A DNA stretch of 18,118 bases, from contig JAGLRQ010000116.1 of the NCBI GenBank assembly GCA_023136205.1, positions 1 to 18,118 on the forward strand. Direction: 5' to 3'. A program made the translations under genes and the position numbers. The stretch is from Candidatus Auribacterota bacterium. Lineage in GTDB: Bacteria; Auribacterota; UBA6266. Below are positions 5,789-13,689 of the stretch, in pieces. The notes under the pieces are model-generated. The model worked only from the letters and a program-made list of their open reading frames with translations. It did not search any database and had not been told where the DNA came from. The number at the start of each line of letters is the position of its first letter. Positions within the stretch are counted from its first letter, which is position 1.

Positions 5789-8143
5789 ATGAGAAGGATA
5801 ACAGCAGGGAATATAAAAACCGCGTTAATAATCATGGGTACACTGTTTTTCTTTTGTGTTTCTGTACCGTTGTCCGCTCAGGTTGACAGCGGGTCAAAAC
5901 AGAATGCTGAAAAATTCGCGAAAGAGTATGCGAAACAGGTTGAGATTGAGCGCCAGGTAAATAAAATCGAGGTGCGAAGGCATATTGGTACGGCGGAAGA
6001 ATATGTGTCCAGGGGTATGTTTGTTGAGGCTAAAATTGAATATGAGAAAGTCCTTGAAATTGACCCGGATAACAAAACAGCCGGAAGCCGGATTTTGACC
6101 CTGAAAAAGAAAATAGTGAAAGCCAGAGCAAAAGAGCTGAATGCGAAGGTTCGTGGAGGGATTAACGCGTATAACGAGGCCAGGTATGCCGCGTCTGTTG
6201 AGATGTTTCAGGATGTGCTGAATGAAGACCCTAGAAATAAGAAAGCTATGAAATATCTCGCGAAGGCCAAAGCAGCCCTTTTCGCTGAAGGCAGTTCGGT
6301 AAGTGTAGTAAAGGAAGTAATTGTGGAAAACGGAAGCCTGGTTCTGGACAACATTGGGAAAGCTAAACAGCTTTATACAGAAGGGGTTCTTTATTATAAG
6401 AATGGAAGGTATCCCGAGGCTGTTCCGTTTTTTAAGAAAGCCCTGGAGCTGAATCCCGATCATGCCCAGGCACGCAGGTATCTTGAGCGGTCACTTGCCG
6501 GTGAGCGAGAAAATACTGATGATGTATGGGATGACACAAAGGATGCTTATATTGAACAGGTTGATAAACACTGGCTTACGGAAAAAAGGAAACTTATCAA
6601 AGAAGAACCTGATAAGGATGTTTTTGAATCAGCTCCGAAAAAGGACTCCGCGGCCAAATTAAACATAGAGAAAAATCTCCGGCAGGTTATTCCTTCCATT
6701 AAACTTAAAGATGCTAATCTGAAATACGTGGTAAAACACCTTTCAGGTTTAAGCGGGATTAATATTCTTCTTGACCCCGCGGCAAGGGAAATAGAAAACC
6801 AGAACATAACAATATCGCTTACCGATATTCCCCTGCTCGAAGCTATAAAATATATTGTCCGCGCGAAGGGGCTGGTGTATAGAATTGACGATTATGCTGT
6901 AGTTATTACAACAAGCGAAAGGCTTTTTGACGAAGAAATGGAAACGAGATATTACCAGCTTGCCTCAGGTGTAACAAGCGGTTCTGTTTTTAGCACAAGC
7001 TTCGCGGAAACCGCGGGTGAAACAACGACTATTGGAACGGCTGCGGCTTTTGAATCTACCACGACAATTCAGGATGTTCTTGAAGAATCAGGTGTTCCTT
7101 TTCCTGAAGGAAGCAAGATATTTCTTGATAAAAGAACCGGTATACTTATAGTAAGAAACACCCCTTCAAATCTTAGTATTATTGAAGAAGTCCTACAGAA
7201 ATTAGATGTGGTTCCTTACCAGATTGAGATTGAAGCCAGATTTGTTGAATTAACTGAAACGACTTATAAAGAGCTCGGAATTGAGTGGATGTTAACCAAC
7301 CAGTTGTCAATAGGCAATGATTATGCTCTAAACCCCCTTCCATGGATTGATTCTACCGGAAAAGCAGGGGATGGACAGTACGGGGATACTTGGGGTAGAG
7401 AAGGAATAACCCATGGTGTAAGATTTCTGGAAGATACCGTAGGCGAACCTCGGGGAAATATAATGAGATTGTCAGCAGTACTGGGATCATTAGAATTTTC
7501 GGCAATTTTACATGCTCTTGCTCAGAAGGGGGATTCAAATGTGCTCTCAGCCCCAAAGGTTACCACTGTAAACAACAGCCAGGCGCAGATTAAAATTGTA
7601 AGTGAATTGATATATCCTACAGAGTTTGAGATTACACCTCCTTCGACAAATGAATGGGGAAGCATTGTTACGCCTGCTGTTGTTATTCCGGGCACATTTG
7701 AAACCAGGGAAGTTGGAATTTTACTCAGTGTTGTTCCTACTGTGGGGGCTGATAAGAAAACTATAACACTTGCGATTATTCCTGAAGTCAGCAGTTTGAC
7801 CTCTTGGATAAACTATGGAACTGATCGTTTGCCTGCCAGACAGCCGCAGTTTGAAACACGAAACCTGAGCACAAGTGTTGTGATAAATGACGGGGACACG
7901 GTTGTAATGGGCGGCCTTATAAAGGAAACTACAACAAACACTGAGGATAAGATTCCTATATTAGGAGATATCCCTTTTATAGGAAGGTTGTTTAGGAATG
8001 ATTCAAATGAATCCGTGAAGAAAAACCTTGTTATTTTTGTTACTGCTAAACTTGTTACGCCTCGCGGTGACCTTCTGAAGGAATTTATGGCAGGCGGCTC
8101 CGGTACCGGTATTGAGTCGAAATCTCTGATTAGTATTGATTAA
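5789..8143 (+). CDS. pilQ: Outer-membrane secretin (PilQ/GspD family) with an N-terminal TPR region, paralogue 2
   Basis: The architecture matches paralogue 1. It has a signal peptide (..VPLSA/QVDS), three TPR-like units and an N0/STN-like domain (IKLKDANLKYVVKHLSGLSGINILLD ... ITISLTDIPLLEAIKYIVRAKGLVYRIDDYAVVIT). The secretin domain is also present (LSAPKVTTVNNSQAQIKIV, GILLSVVPTV, INDGDTVVMGGL, KIPILGDIPFIGRLFR, LVIFVTAKLV). I prefer the ATG at 5789, with GGGAG at 5774-5778, over the TTG at 5765 in the ORF track. Confidence 0.9.
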   Translation: MRRITAGNIKTALIIMGTLFFFCVSVPLSAQVDSGSKQNAEKFAKEYAKQVEIERQVNKIEVRRHIGTAEEYVSRGMFVEAKIEYEKVLEIDPDNKTAGSRILTLKKKIVKARAKELNAKVRGGINAYNEARYAASVEMFQDVLNEDPRNKKAMKYLAKAKAALFAEGSSVSVVKEVIVENGSLVLDNIGKAKQLYTEGVLYYKNGRYPEAVPFFKKALELNPDHAQARRYLERSLAGERENTDDVWDDTKDAYIEQVDKHWLTEKRKLIKEEPDKDVFESAPKKDSAAKLNIEKNLRQVIPSIKLKDANLKYVVKHLSGLSGINILLDPAAREIENQNITISLTDIPLLEAIKYIVRAKGLVYRIDDYAVVITTSERLFDEEMETRYYQLASGVTSGSVFSTSFAETAGETTTIGTAAAFESTTTIQDVLEESGVPFPEGSKIFLDKRTGILIVRNTPSNLSIIEEVLQKLDVVPYQIEIEARFVELTETTYKELGIEWMLTNQLSIGNDYALNPLPWIDSTGKAGDGQYGDTWGREGITHGVRFLEDTVGEPRGNIMRLSAVLGSLEFSAILHALAQKGDSNVLSAPKVTTVNNSQAQIKIVSELIYPTEFEITPPSTNEWGSIVTPAVVIPGTFETREVGILLSVVPTVGADKKTITLAIIPEVSSLTSWINYGTDRLPARQPQFETRNLSTSVVINDGDTVVMGGLIKETTTNTEDKIPILGDIPFIGRLFRNDSNESVKKNLVIFVTAKLVTPRGDLLKEFMAGGSGTGIESKSLISID

Positions 8144-8150
8144 GAAATAG

Positions 8151-8190
8151 TTAGCTTAAATCTTATGGTATTTAGCTGATGATTTATGGT
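8151..8190. repeat. 19-nt imperfect direct repeat with 21-nt period upstream of polA
   Basis: The two copies are TTAGCTtaaatcTTATGGT (8151-8169) and TTAGCTgatgatTTATGGT (8172-8190). A tandem TAACTCA TAACTCA follows at 8208-8221, immediately before the polA ATG. Confidence 0.5.
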
Positions 8191-8225
8191 CCATTTCTTG
8201 TAGCCCGTAACTCATAACTCATTCC

Positions 8226-10862
8226 ATGTCGAAAAAAACCTTTTTAATGATTGATGGTATGTCATTTGTTTACAGGGCGTACTATGCCATCAGGCAGTTA
8301 ACAACTTCTTCGGGATTTCCTACCAACGCTATTTTTGGTTTTATAAACATGCTTGAAAAACTTATTAACGATTATAGCCCTGATTATATGGCGGCGGCAT
8401 TTGATACGAAAGAACCTACTTTCAGGCATGAGAAATACAAGGATTATAAATCACAGAGAAAGCCTATTCCTGAAGATTTGATACCGCAGTTAGGCCCGAT
8501 TAAAGATATTATAAGAGCTTTTAATATACAGCTTTTTGAATGTCCCGGTTACGAAGCTGATGATATTTTAGCAACGCTTGCCGCCAAAACCGGCGCCGGA
8601 GCTATTAAGTCTATTATCGCCACCGGTGATAAGGATATGTTTCAGATTATTGACGGAGAGAATATATTTGTTCTTTCCCCCGGGGGAGGGGGTAAGGAAA
8701 ATATTCTGTACGATCCTGAGAGGGTAGAACAGAAATTTGGGGTAAAACCTGACAAAATTGTTGATATGCTCGCGCTTGCGGGGGATTCCGCGGATAACAT
8801 TTCAGGGGTTCCCGGCATAGGTTTAAAAACGGCTAAAGCACTTTTGGATGAGTTTGGTTCACTTGAAAATATATTATCTGAAACTGACAAAATTAAAAGC
8901 CCGGCCCGCAGGCACGCTATAAAGGAACATGCCGATAAAGCAAGATTTTACAGGGAACTGGTTACGGTAAATACACGGGCTCCTGTTGATTTTAGAATAG
9001 AAGAATGTATGCGCAAAACTCCTGATTTAAATAAATTGCTCGAACTTTTTAGAAAGTTTGAGTTCACAAAACTTGCATACAAGTACAGCGCGAAAGAACA
9101 AATTTCTGAAGACGCTGTAATTATTAATAATATAAAGGAAGCAGAAAAGTTCTTTAAAAAACTTGAAGGCTCGGAAAGACTTTATTTCAAAACGATTTTT
9201 GATAGTGGAGAACCTTTTGGTGATGTGAATATTGTCGGCATTGCCGCGATGGTTGATGGGGTAAAACCCGCTTTTATTTCTACGGAAGGTATTGGATTAA
9301 AGGAATTAATTCGTTTGATAGGCCCGGTTTTGCGGGATCCTGAGATTAAGAAAGCGGGATATGGACTGAAAAATGAAATAGTTAATTTTAAAAAGCTTGG
9401 AATAGATATCGAAGGCATAGAATTTGATGCTGAAATTGCCGCTTATATATTAAATCCTTCAAGAAAAGATTATTCTCCTGAATCAATTATATCTCTTTAT
9501 TCAAATATGATTATACTCCCGGTAGAGAGAAAGAAGGAAGAGCGGGATTTATGGCTTAAACAGGCTGCTTCAAATCTCTGCGGGTGTGTAAAAGCCCTTC
9601 CCGGAGTATGCAAGAGCCTTTTGGCGGAAATTAAGGAAAAAGCGGTGGTTAAACTTTTTAAGGAAGTGGAAATGGGCCTTTTATATGTACTGGCGGAAAT
9701 GGAGTGTGAAGGAGTAAAAATAGATGTAAAAACATTGACCAGGCTTTCCGGTGAATTTCACCGCGGGATTAGTAAAATTGAAGAGGAAGTTTATAATATA
9801 GCAGGGGAAAAGTTTAACCTGAATTCTTCAAAGCAGCTGGGAAAGATTTTGTTCGAAAAACTGAAACTTCCCGTTATTAAGAAAACTAAAACGGGATATT
9901 CTACGGATGATGAGGTTTTAGAAGTTTTGAAAAACAAACATCTTCTTGCCGGACTTATAAAAAACTACAGGACGCTTTCCAAACTAATTTCCACATATGT
10001 GGACTCCATGCCGTTGTTAATTTCTAAAAAGACGGGCAGGCTTCATACAACATTTAATCAGACTGTAACTTCTACGGGACGCCTTAGTTCAAGTAATCCA
10101 AACCTCCAGAATATCCCCATAAAAACCGAAGAAGGAAGGAAAGTGAGGGAAGCTTTTGTTCCAAGGGAGGGCTGGTTTTTGATTTCTGCGGATTATTCAC
10201 AGATAGAACTCAGGATTCTTGCCCACCTTTCAAAGGATGCCGGACTTGTCCGGGCATTTAAACAAGGAGAGGATATTCATACTTTTACGGCTGCCCTTAT
10301 AAACGGCATTGAACTTGAAAATGTAACAGAAGAAATGAGAAATGCCGCAAAAGCCGTTAATTTCGGCATTATTTACGGGATCAGTTCCTTTGGACTCGCG
10401 AAAAACACAGGTGTAGATAAAAAAACGGCAGGGGAGTTTATTAAGAGTTATTTTGAGAGGTATCCCGGAGTAAAAGTATTTATTGACGGGCTTATAAAGG
10501 AAGCCAGAGAAAAAGGATATGTGAGCACCATATTTAACAGGAGAAGGTACATAAATGAGTTTAAGTCCTCAAATGCTGTGGAAAGAAATTTTGCCCAAAG
10601 GGCAGCGGTGAATACTGCAATCCAGGGTTCAGCGGCAGATATTATTAAGATTGCAATGCTTAAGGTAAATGAAAAACTTAAAGAAGAGTCTTTTCAGGCG
10701 AGGATGATTTTGCAGGTTCATGATGAGCTGCTGCTTGAGGTACCTCCGCTGGAACTTAATCTTTTGGAAGAACAAATCCGCGGCATTATGGAAAATGTTG
10801 TTGCTCTGGATGTTCCTTTGAAGGTAAAGGTAAATAGTGGTAAAAGCTGGGCGGAAATTTAG
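8226..10862 (+). CDS. polA: DNA polymerase I
   Basis: 5' nuclease motifs are intact (IDGMSFVYRAYYA, GYEADDILATLA, TGDKDMFQI, GDSADNISGVPGIGLKTA). Polymerase motif A (DYSQIELRILAH), motif B (RNAAKAVNFGIIYG) and motif C (QVHDELLLE) are present. The central 3'-5' exonuclease-like domain has degenerate catalytic motifs. Confidence 0.97.
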   Translation: MSKKTFLMIDGMSFVYRAYYAIRQLTTSSGFPTNAIFGFINMLEKLINDYSPDYMAAAFDTKEPTFRHEKYKDYKSQRKPIPEDLIPQLGPIKDIIRAFNIQLFECPGYEADDILATLAAKTGAGAIKSIIATGDKDMFQIIDGENIFVLSPGGGGKENILYDPERVEQKFGVKPDKIVDMLALAGDSADNISGVPGIGLKTAKALLDEFGSLENILSETDKIKSPARRHAIKEHADKARFYRELVTVNTRAPVDFRIEECMRKTPDLNKLLELFRKFEFTKLAYKYSAKEQISEDAVIINNIKEAEKFFKKLEGSERLYFKTIFDSGEPFGDVNIVGIAAMVDGVKPAFISTEGIGLKELIRLIGPVLRDPEIKKAGYGLKNEIVNFKKLGIDIEGIEFDAEIAAYILNPSRKDYSPESIISLYSNMIILPVERKKEERDLWLKQAASNLCGCVKALPGVCKSLLAEIKEKAVVKLFKEVEMGLLYVLAEMECEGVKIDVKTLTRLSGEFHRGISKIEEEVYNIAGEKFNLNSSKQLGKILFEKLKLPVIKKTKTGYSTDDEVLEVLKNKHLLAGLIKNYRTLSKLISTYVDSMPLLISKKTGRLHTTFNQTVTSTGRLSSSNPNLQNIPIKTEEGRKVREAFVPREGWFLISADYSQIELRILAHLSKDAGLVRAFKQGEDIHTFTAALINGIELENVTEEMRNAAKAVNFGIIYGISSFGLAKNTGVDKKTAGEFIKSYFERYPGVKVFIDGLIKEAREKGYVSTIFNRRRYINEFKSSNAVERNFAQRAAVNTAIQGSAADIIKIAMLKVNEKLKEESFQARMILQVHDELLLEVPPLELNLLEEQIRGIMENVVALDVPLKVKVNSGKSWAEI

Positions 10863-10879
10863 AAAAACAAAAAAAGAAA

Positions 10880-10983
10880 TTAACCACAAATAACACGAAT
10901 TTTCACAAATTAAAAAAAATACTAGATTATTTATTCGTGCAGATTTCCCTCCAGAATGGGACAGGTGTGTGATTAGTGGTTAA
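10880..10983. repeat. 17-nt imperfect inverted repeat (15/17) bracketing ~70 nt in the polA-downstream spacer
   Basis: TTAACCACAAATAACAC (10880-10896) is complementary to GTGTGATTAGTGGTTAA (10967-10983), with mismatches at 2 positions. An inner inverted repeat pairs CACGAAT (10894-10900) with ATTCGTG (10933-10939). CACAAAT occurs as a direct repeat at 10885 and 10904. Confidence 0.5.
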
Positions 10984-11060
10984 AAAATTAGATACTGGAA
11001 TTTAGATCATTAGAATTCGTTTCGGATTTCGTGCTTCGAATTTAGTATTTTTAACTTCAG

Positions 11061-13103
11061 GTGACCGATATTAAAACAATTAAAACAAACAAAATTATCA
11101 TTAGCGCGATTACAGTCATTGCTCTTCTTTCCATCTATTGCGGGAGTGTCTGGTTGAGGCTGGAGATAAGGAAGCATCACGAAGAGCAGTATGGAAGAGA
11201 ACTGCCGTTTACGCTTGAAAGCGCGTTGCTTTTTAAATATGCTTCAATGCTTTCAAAAGGCGAAGCCATACCTGATATTGATAAGAGCGCTCAGTATCCT
11301 GAAGGGCTGAAGGTAAAGGAAAGGCTTTCAATAGGCGGCGAAATTTTACCCGCGTTTATTTACAGGGTTGTAAAACCGGCTATTTCATTTCAAGGATTTA
11401 TGAGGATTTTTTTCCCCTTGTTTTATTCAATTGGCATATTTGGTATTTATCTGTCGGCGAAAGAACTTTCGGGCACAAAAATCGGGGGGCTTATTGCTGC
11501 CGCGATATACGCCTTTTCGGCCGCTTCAGTTGTACGTTCAACAGGCCTGGAGTTTTCCAGGGAAAACTTCGCGCTGCCGTTTATCTGTTTTCATCTGGCT
11601 TTTGTTTCGATATATGTACGCCGCCGCTCTGTTTTTGCTGTAGTAGGATCCGCGCTGACCCTGGGAGCGGCACAGTGTGTATGGGATCTTACCCAGATAT
11701 ATATTGTTTTTATGGCTGTTATTATCATCGGGTATTTTTTGATTAATGGGAGCATCGGTAAGTACAGGGCGATACTTTTTTACAATACTCTTGCCCTGGT
11801 ATTTGCCGGGCTGGTTTCTCCATATTTAAGATGGCATTCTTTCTTAAGTTCATATATTATGGGGTCCCTCTATGTAACCTTAATTCTGTCGATTTTTCAG
11901 CCCCGAATAAAATTTCTTGCAAAAAAATATTATCTTGCTATAATATGGATAAGTTTGTACGTTATCTCCTGTTTTATATCTTATTATGGCTCAGAATACG
12001 GCGATGTTTATTCAAATTTTATATCCCTGCTTTTTGGAAAATTAAGATACTTTAATAAAATACCGCTTGATTCATCGAAATTAAACTGGGATGTTCGGGT
12101 GTTATGGACACCTGCTCTTGATTCGGTTAGCTTAAAGTCCTTTTTAAATTATTTTCATGCTCTGCTAATTGTCTTTTTTCTCGGTTTTGCGGGAATGTTA
12201 TTAAGTAGAATCAGAAGCCGCAATCCTTCTCTTTATCTGATGGTTCCGATGGTTTTGTTCTTCTGCTTCTTGTGTTTCTTTTTTAGAAGGATGTTTGTGT
12301 TCTTTGTAATACCCTTTTCTGTTGTCGCGGGGTTTGTTCCTCTGATATTCAGAAAAAATCGGTTTTTCAGGGCTCTGATTATAGTGGTTGTGTTTTTCTT
12401 TATATTTTTTGAGGGAGAAAGGTGTTATGCCCGGAGGAACCTGTGGCGCCGTGATGTAAGGTATCTGGAGCTGGAAGATATTTCGATCTGGGCAAGAGAA
12501 TCAACGCCTGAAGGCTCAGTTGTCCTGGCAAACTTTACTCTTTCTCCTGTAATTAATTATTATGCCGGAAGGAGTATTGTTATACATCCTAAATTTGAGG
12601 ATCCCGCGCTGCGGGAAAAAGTATTTGAATACGGCAGGGCTATCTTCAGCGTGGAGGAAAGTGATTTTATTGATTTCTGTGATAAATACGGGGTTAACTA
12701 TTTTATTTTTTCAAGAGGGACTTACTCGACGGTTTCTCCGTATTCAATGAGATATATATGGAATGTAAAAAGCGAGGTGCCCTCCAGCGCGGCGGCAAAA
12801 TTTAAAAGATACGGAGATGCCCCATACAGGTTTATTCCCCTTTACTACAATGGAAAATACAGGGCATACTACTTTGTTTCCGCGGGGGAAATGGGACTTA
12901 TTAATGAGTATATGGCCGAGTCTGACAGGCTGTTTCGAGAAGGTGATAAGGCTTCTGCCGTAAAGATGCTGGAAAAGGTTTTGAAGATTTATCCGCTTTA
13001 TAAAGAAGCCTGTTTCCGGTTGGGCAAATTGTATATGGAAGATGGCAGGGTTAGAGAAGGGCTTAACCTGCTCAAAAACGCGAAAGAAATGTTGTTTGAA
13101 TGA
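11061..13103 (+). CDS. Polytopic GT-C fold membrane protein, STT3/PglB/AglB-like oligosaccharyltransferase homologue with WWDYG replaced and a C-terminal TPR
   Basis: The GTG at 11061 is the first start after an in-frame TAA (11052-11054), and no clear SD is present. There are more than 10 hydrophobic helices. Loop motifs resemble STT3: LPFTLESALLFKYA (EL1 acidic motif) and VRSTGLEFSRENFALPF (compare RSVAGSYDNEGIAIF). The soluble C-domain aligns by eye with eukaryotic STT3: WARESTPEGSVVLA-NFTLS-PVINYYAGRSIVI versus WLR.[28 protein letters not shown]. A second stretch, GRAIFSVEESDFIDFCDKYGVNYFIF, aligns with [25 protein letters not shown]. The last ~70 aa are TPR-like. Confidence 0.55.
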   Translation: MTDIKTIKTNKIIISAITVIALLSIYCGSVWLRLEIRKHHEEQYGRELPFTLESALLFKYASMLSKGEAIPDIDKSAQYPEGLKVKERLSIGGEILPAFIYRVVKPAISFQGFMRIFFPLFYSIGIFGIYLSAKELSGTKIGGLIAAAIYAFSAASVVRSTGLEFSRENFALPFICFHLAFVSIYVRRRSVFAVVGSALTLGAAQCVWDLTQIYIVFMAVIIIGYFLINGSIGKYRAILFYNTLALVFAGLVSPYLRWHSFLSSYIMGSLYVTLILSIFQPRIKFLAKKYYLAIIWISLYVISCFISYYGSEYGDVYSNFISLLFGKLRYFNKIPLDSSKLNWDVRVLWTPALDSVSLKSFLNYFHALLIVFFLGFAGMLLSRIRSRNPSLYLMVPMVLFFCFLCFFFRRMFVFFVIPFSVVAGFVPLIFRKNRFFRALIIVVVFFFIFFEGERCYARRNLWRRDVRYLELEDISIWARESTPEGSVVLANFTLSPVINYYAGRSIVIHPKFEDPALREKVFEYGRAIFSVEESDFIDFCDKYGVNYFIFSRGTYSTVSPYSMRYIWNVKSEVPSSAAAKFKRYGDAPYRFIPLYYNGKYRAYYFVSAGEMGLINEYMAESDRLFREGDKASAVKMLEKVLKIYPLYKEACFRLGKLYMEDGRVREGLNLLKNAKEMLFE

Positions 13104-13678
13104 AAATCGCAATAACCGGCGGAATATGTTCGGGGAAAAGCACTGTTCGCGCCATTCTTGAAAAGCGCGGTATTGAAATTATTGATGCCGATGACCTTGC
13201 GAGAGAATCCGCGGAATTGAGTAAGGAGAGAATATTACAGCATTTTGGCCCTGGATATTTTGATGTAAAGGGGAAATTAAACCGGGCAAAACTTGCGGAG
13301 AAAATTTTTAGTTCTCCTGAAGAAAAAAAAGCTCTGGAAAGAATATTGCATCCTGTAATAATTTCTCTCATAAAACAGGGAATGGAATGTTTTGAAAAAG
13401 ACGAAAAAAAATATATAGTAATAGCTCCGCTGATTTTTGAAACGGATATTGGCGAATTATTTGATTATGTCATTTTGCTTTCATGCGGGCAGCAGCAGCA
13501 GATAAAAAGGCTTACGGAAAGAGAGCAAATAGCGAAAGAGAAGGCTTTTGAGAGGATAAGAGTTCAGTTTTCTGACGAGGAAAAGGGTAAAAAGGCTGAC
13601 TTTATAATAGATACTTCCTGCAGTATTAGTGAAACAGAAGAAGTAATAATAAAACTTTTAGAAAAAATAGGTTTTTAA
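13100..13678 (+). CDS. coaE: Dephospho-CoA kinase
   Basis: The start shares an ATGA overlap with the upstream stop (13100-13103). The N-terminus MKIAITGGICSGKSTV carries the P-loop. The protein is 192 aa, and LHP and DFIIDTS-type motifs typical of CoaE are present. Confidence 0.9.
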   Translation: MKIAITGGICSGKSTVRAILEKRGIEIIDADDLARESAELSKERILQHFGPGYFDVKGKLNRAKLAEKIFSSPEEKKALERILHPVIISLIKQGMECFEKDEKKYIVIAPLIFETDIGELFDYVILLSCGQQQQIKRLTEREQIAKEKAFERIRVQFSDEEKGKKADFIIDTSCSISETEEVIIKLLEKIGF

Positions 13679-13689
13679 GGAGGAATTAA

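Noticed and set aside
5894-6463. Minus-strand 189-aa ORF, with similar ones at 3402-3695, 4440-4736, 14506-15090, 15472-15987, 15881-16198 and 17511-17906
   Set aside because: They lie antisense to genes with unambiguous family signatures (secretins, rho, prfA, prmC/murA) and have no motifs of their own.
8677-8692. C5G5AG5 palindromic homopolymer block in polA
   Set aside because: It encodes SPGGGG in a linker of the 5' nuclease domain. This is most simply a codon-usage consequence, and no function is inferred.
11431-12750. Small + strand ORFs nested out of frame in the STT3-like gene (11431-11643, 11831-12055, 12562-12750), and likewise 6462-6662 and 17253-17462
   Set aside because: They are alternative-frame ORFs inside longer genes with coherent TM and domain structure. 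No independent start signals are present.
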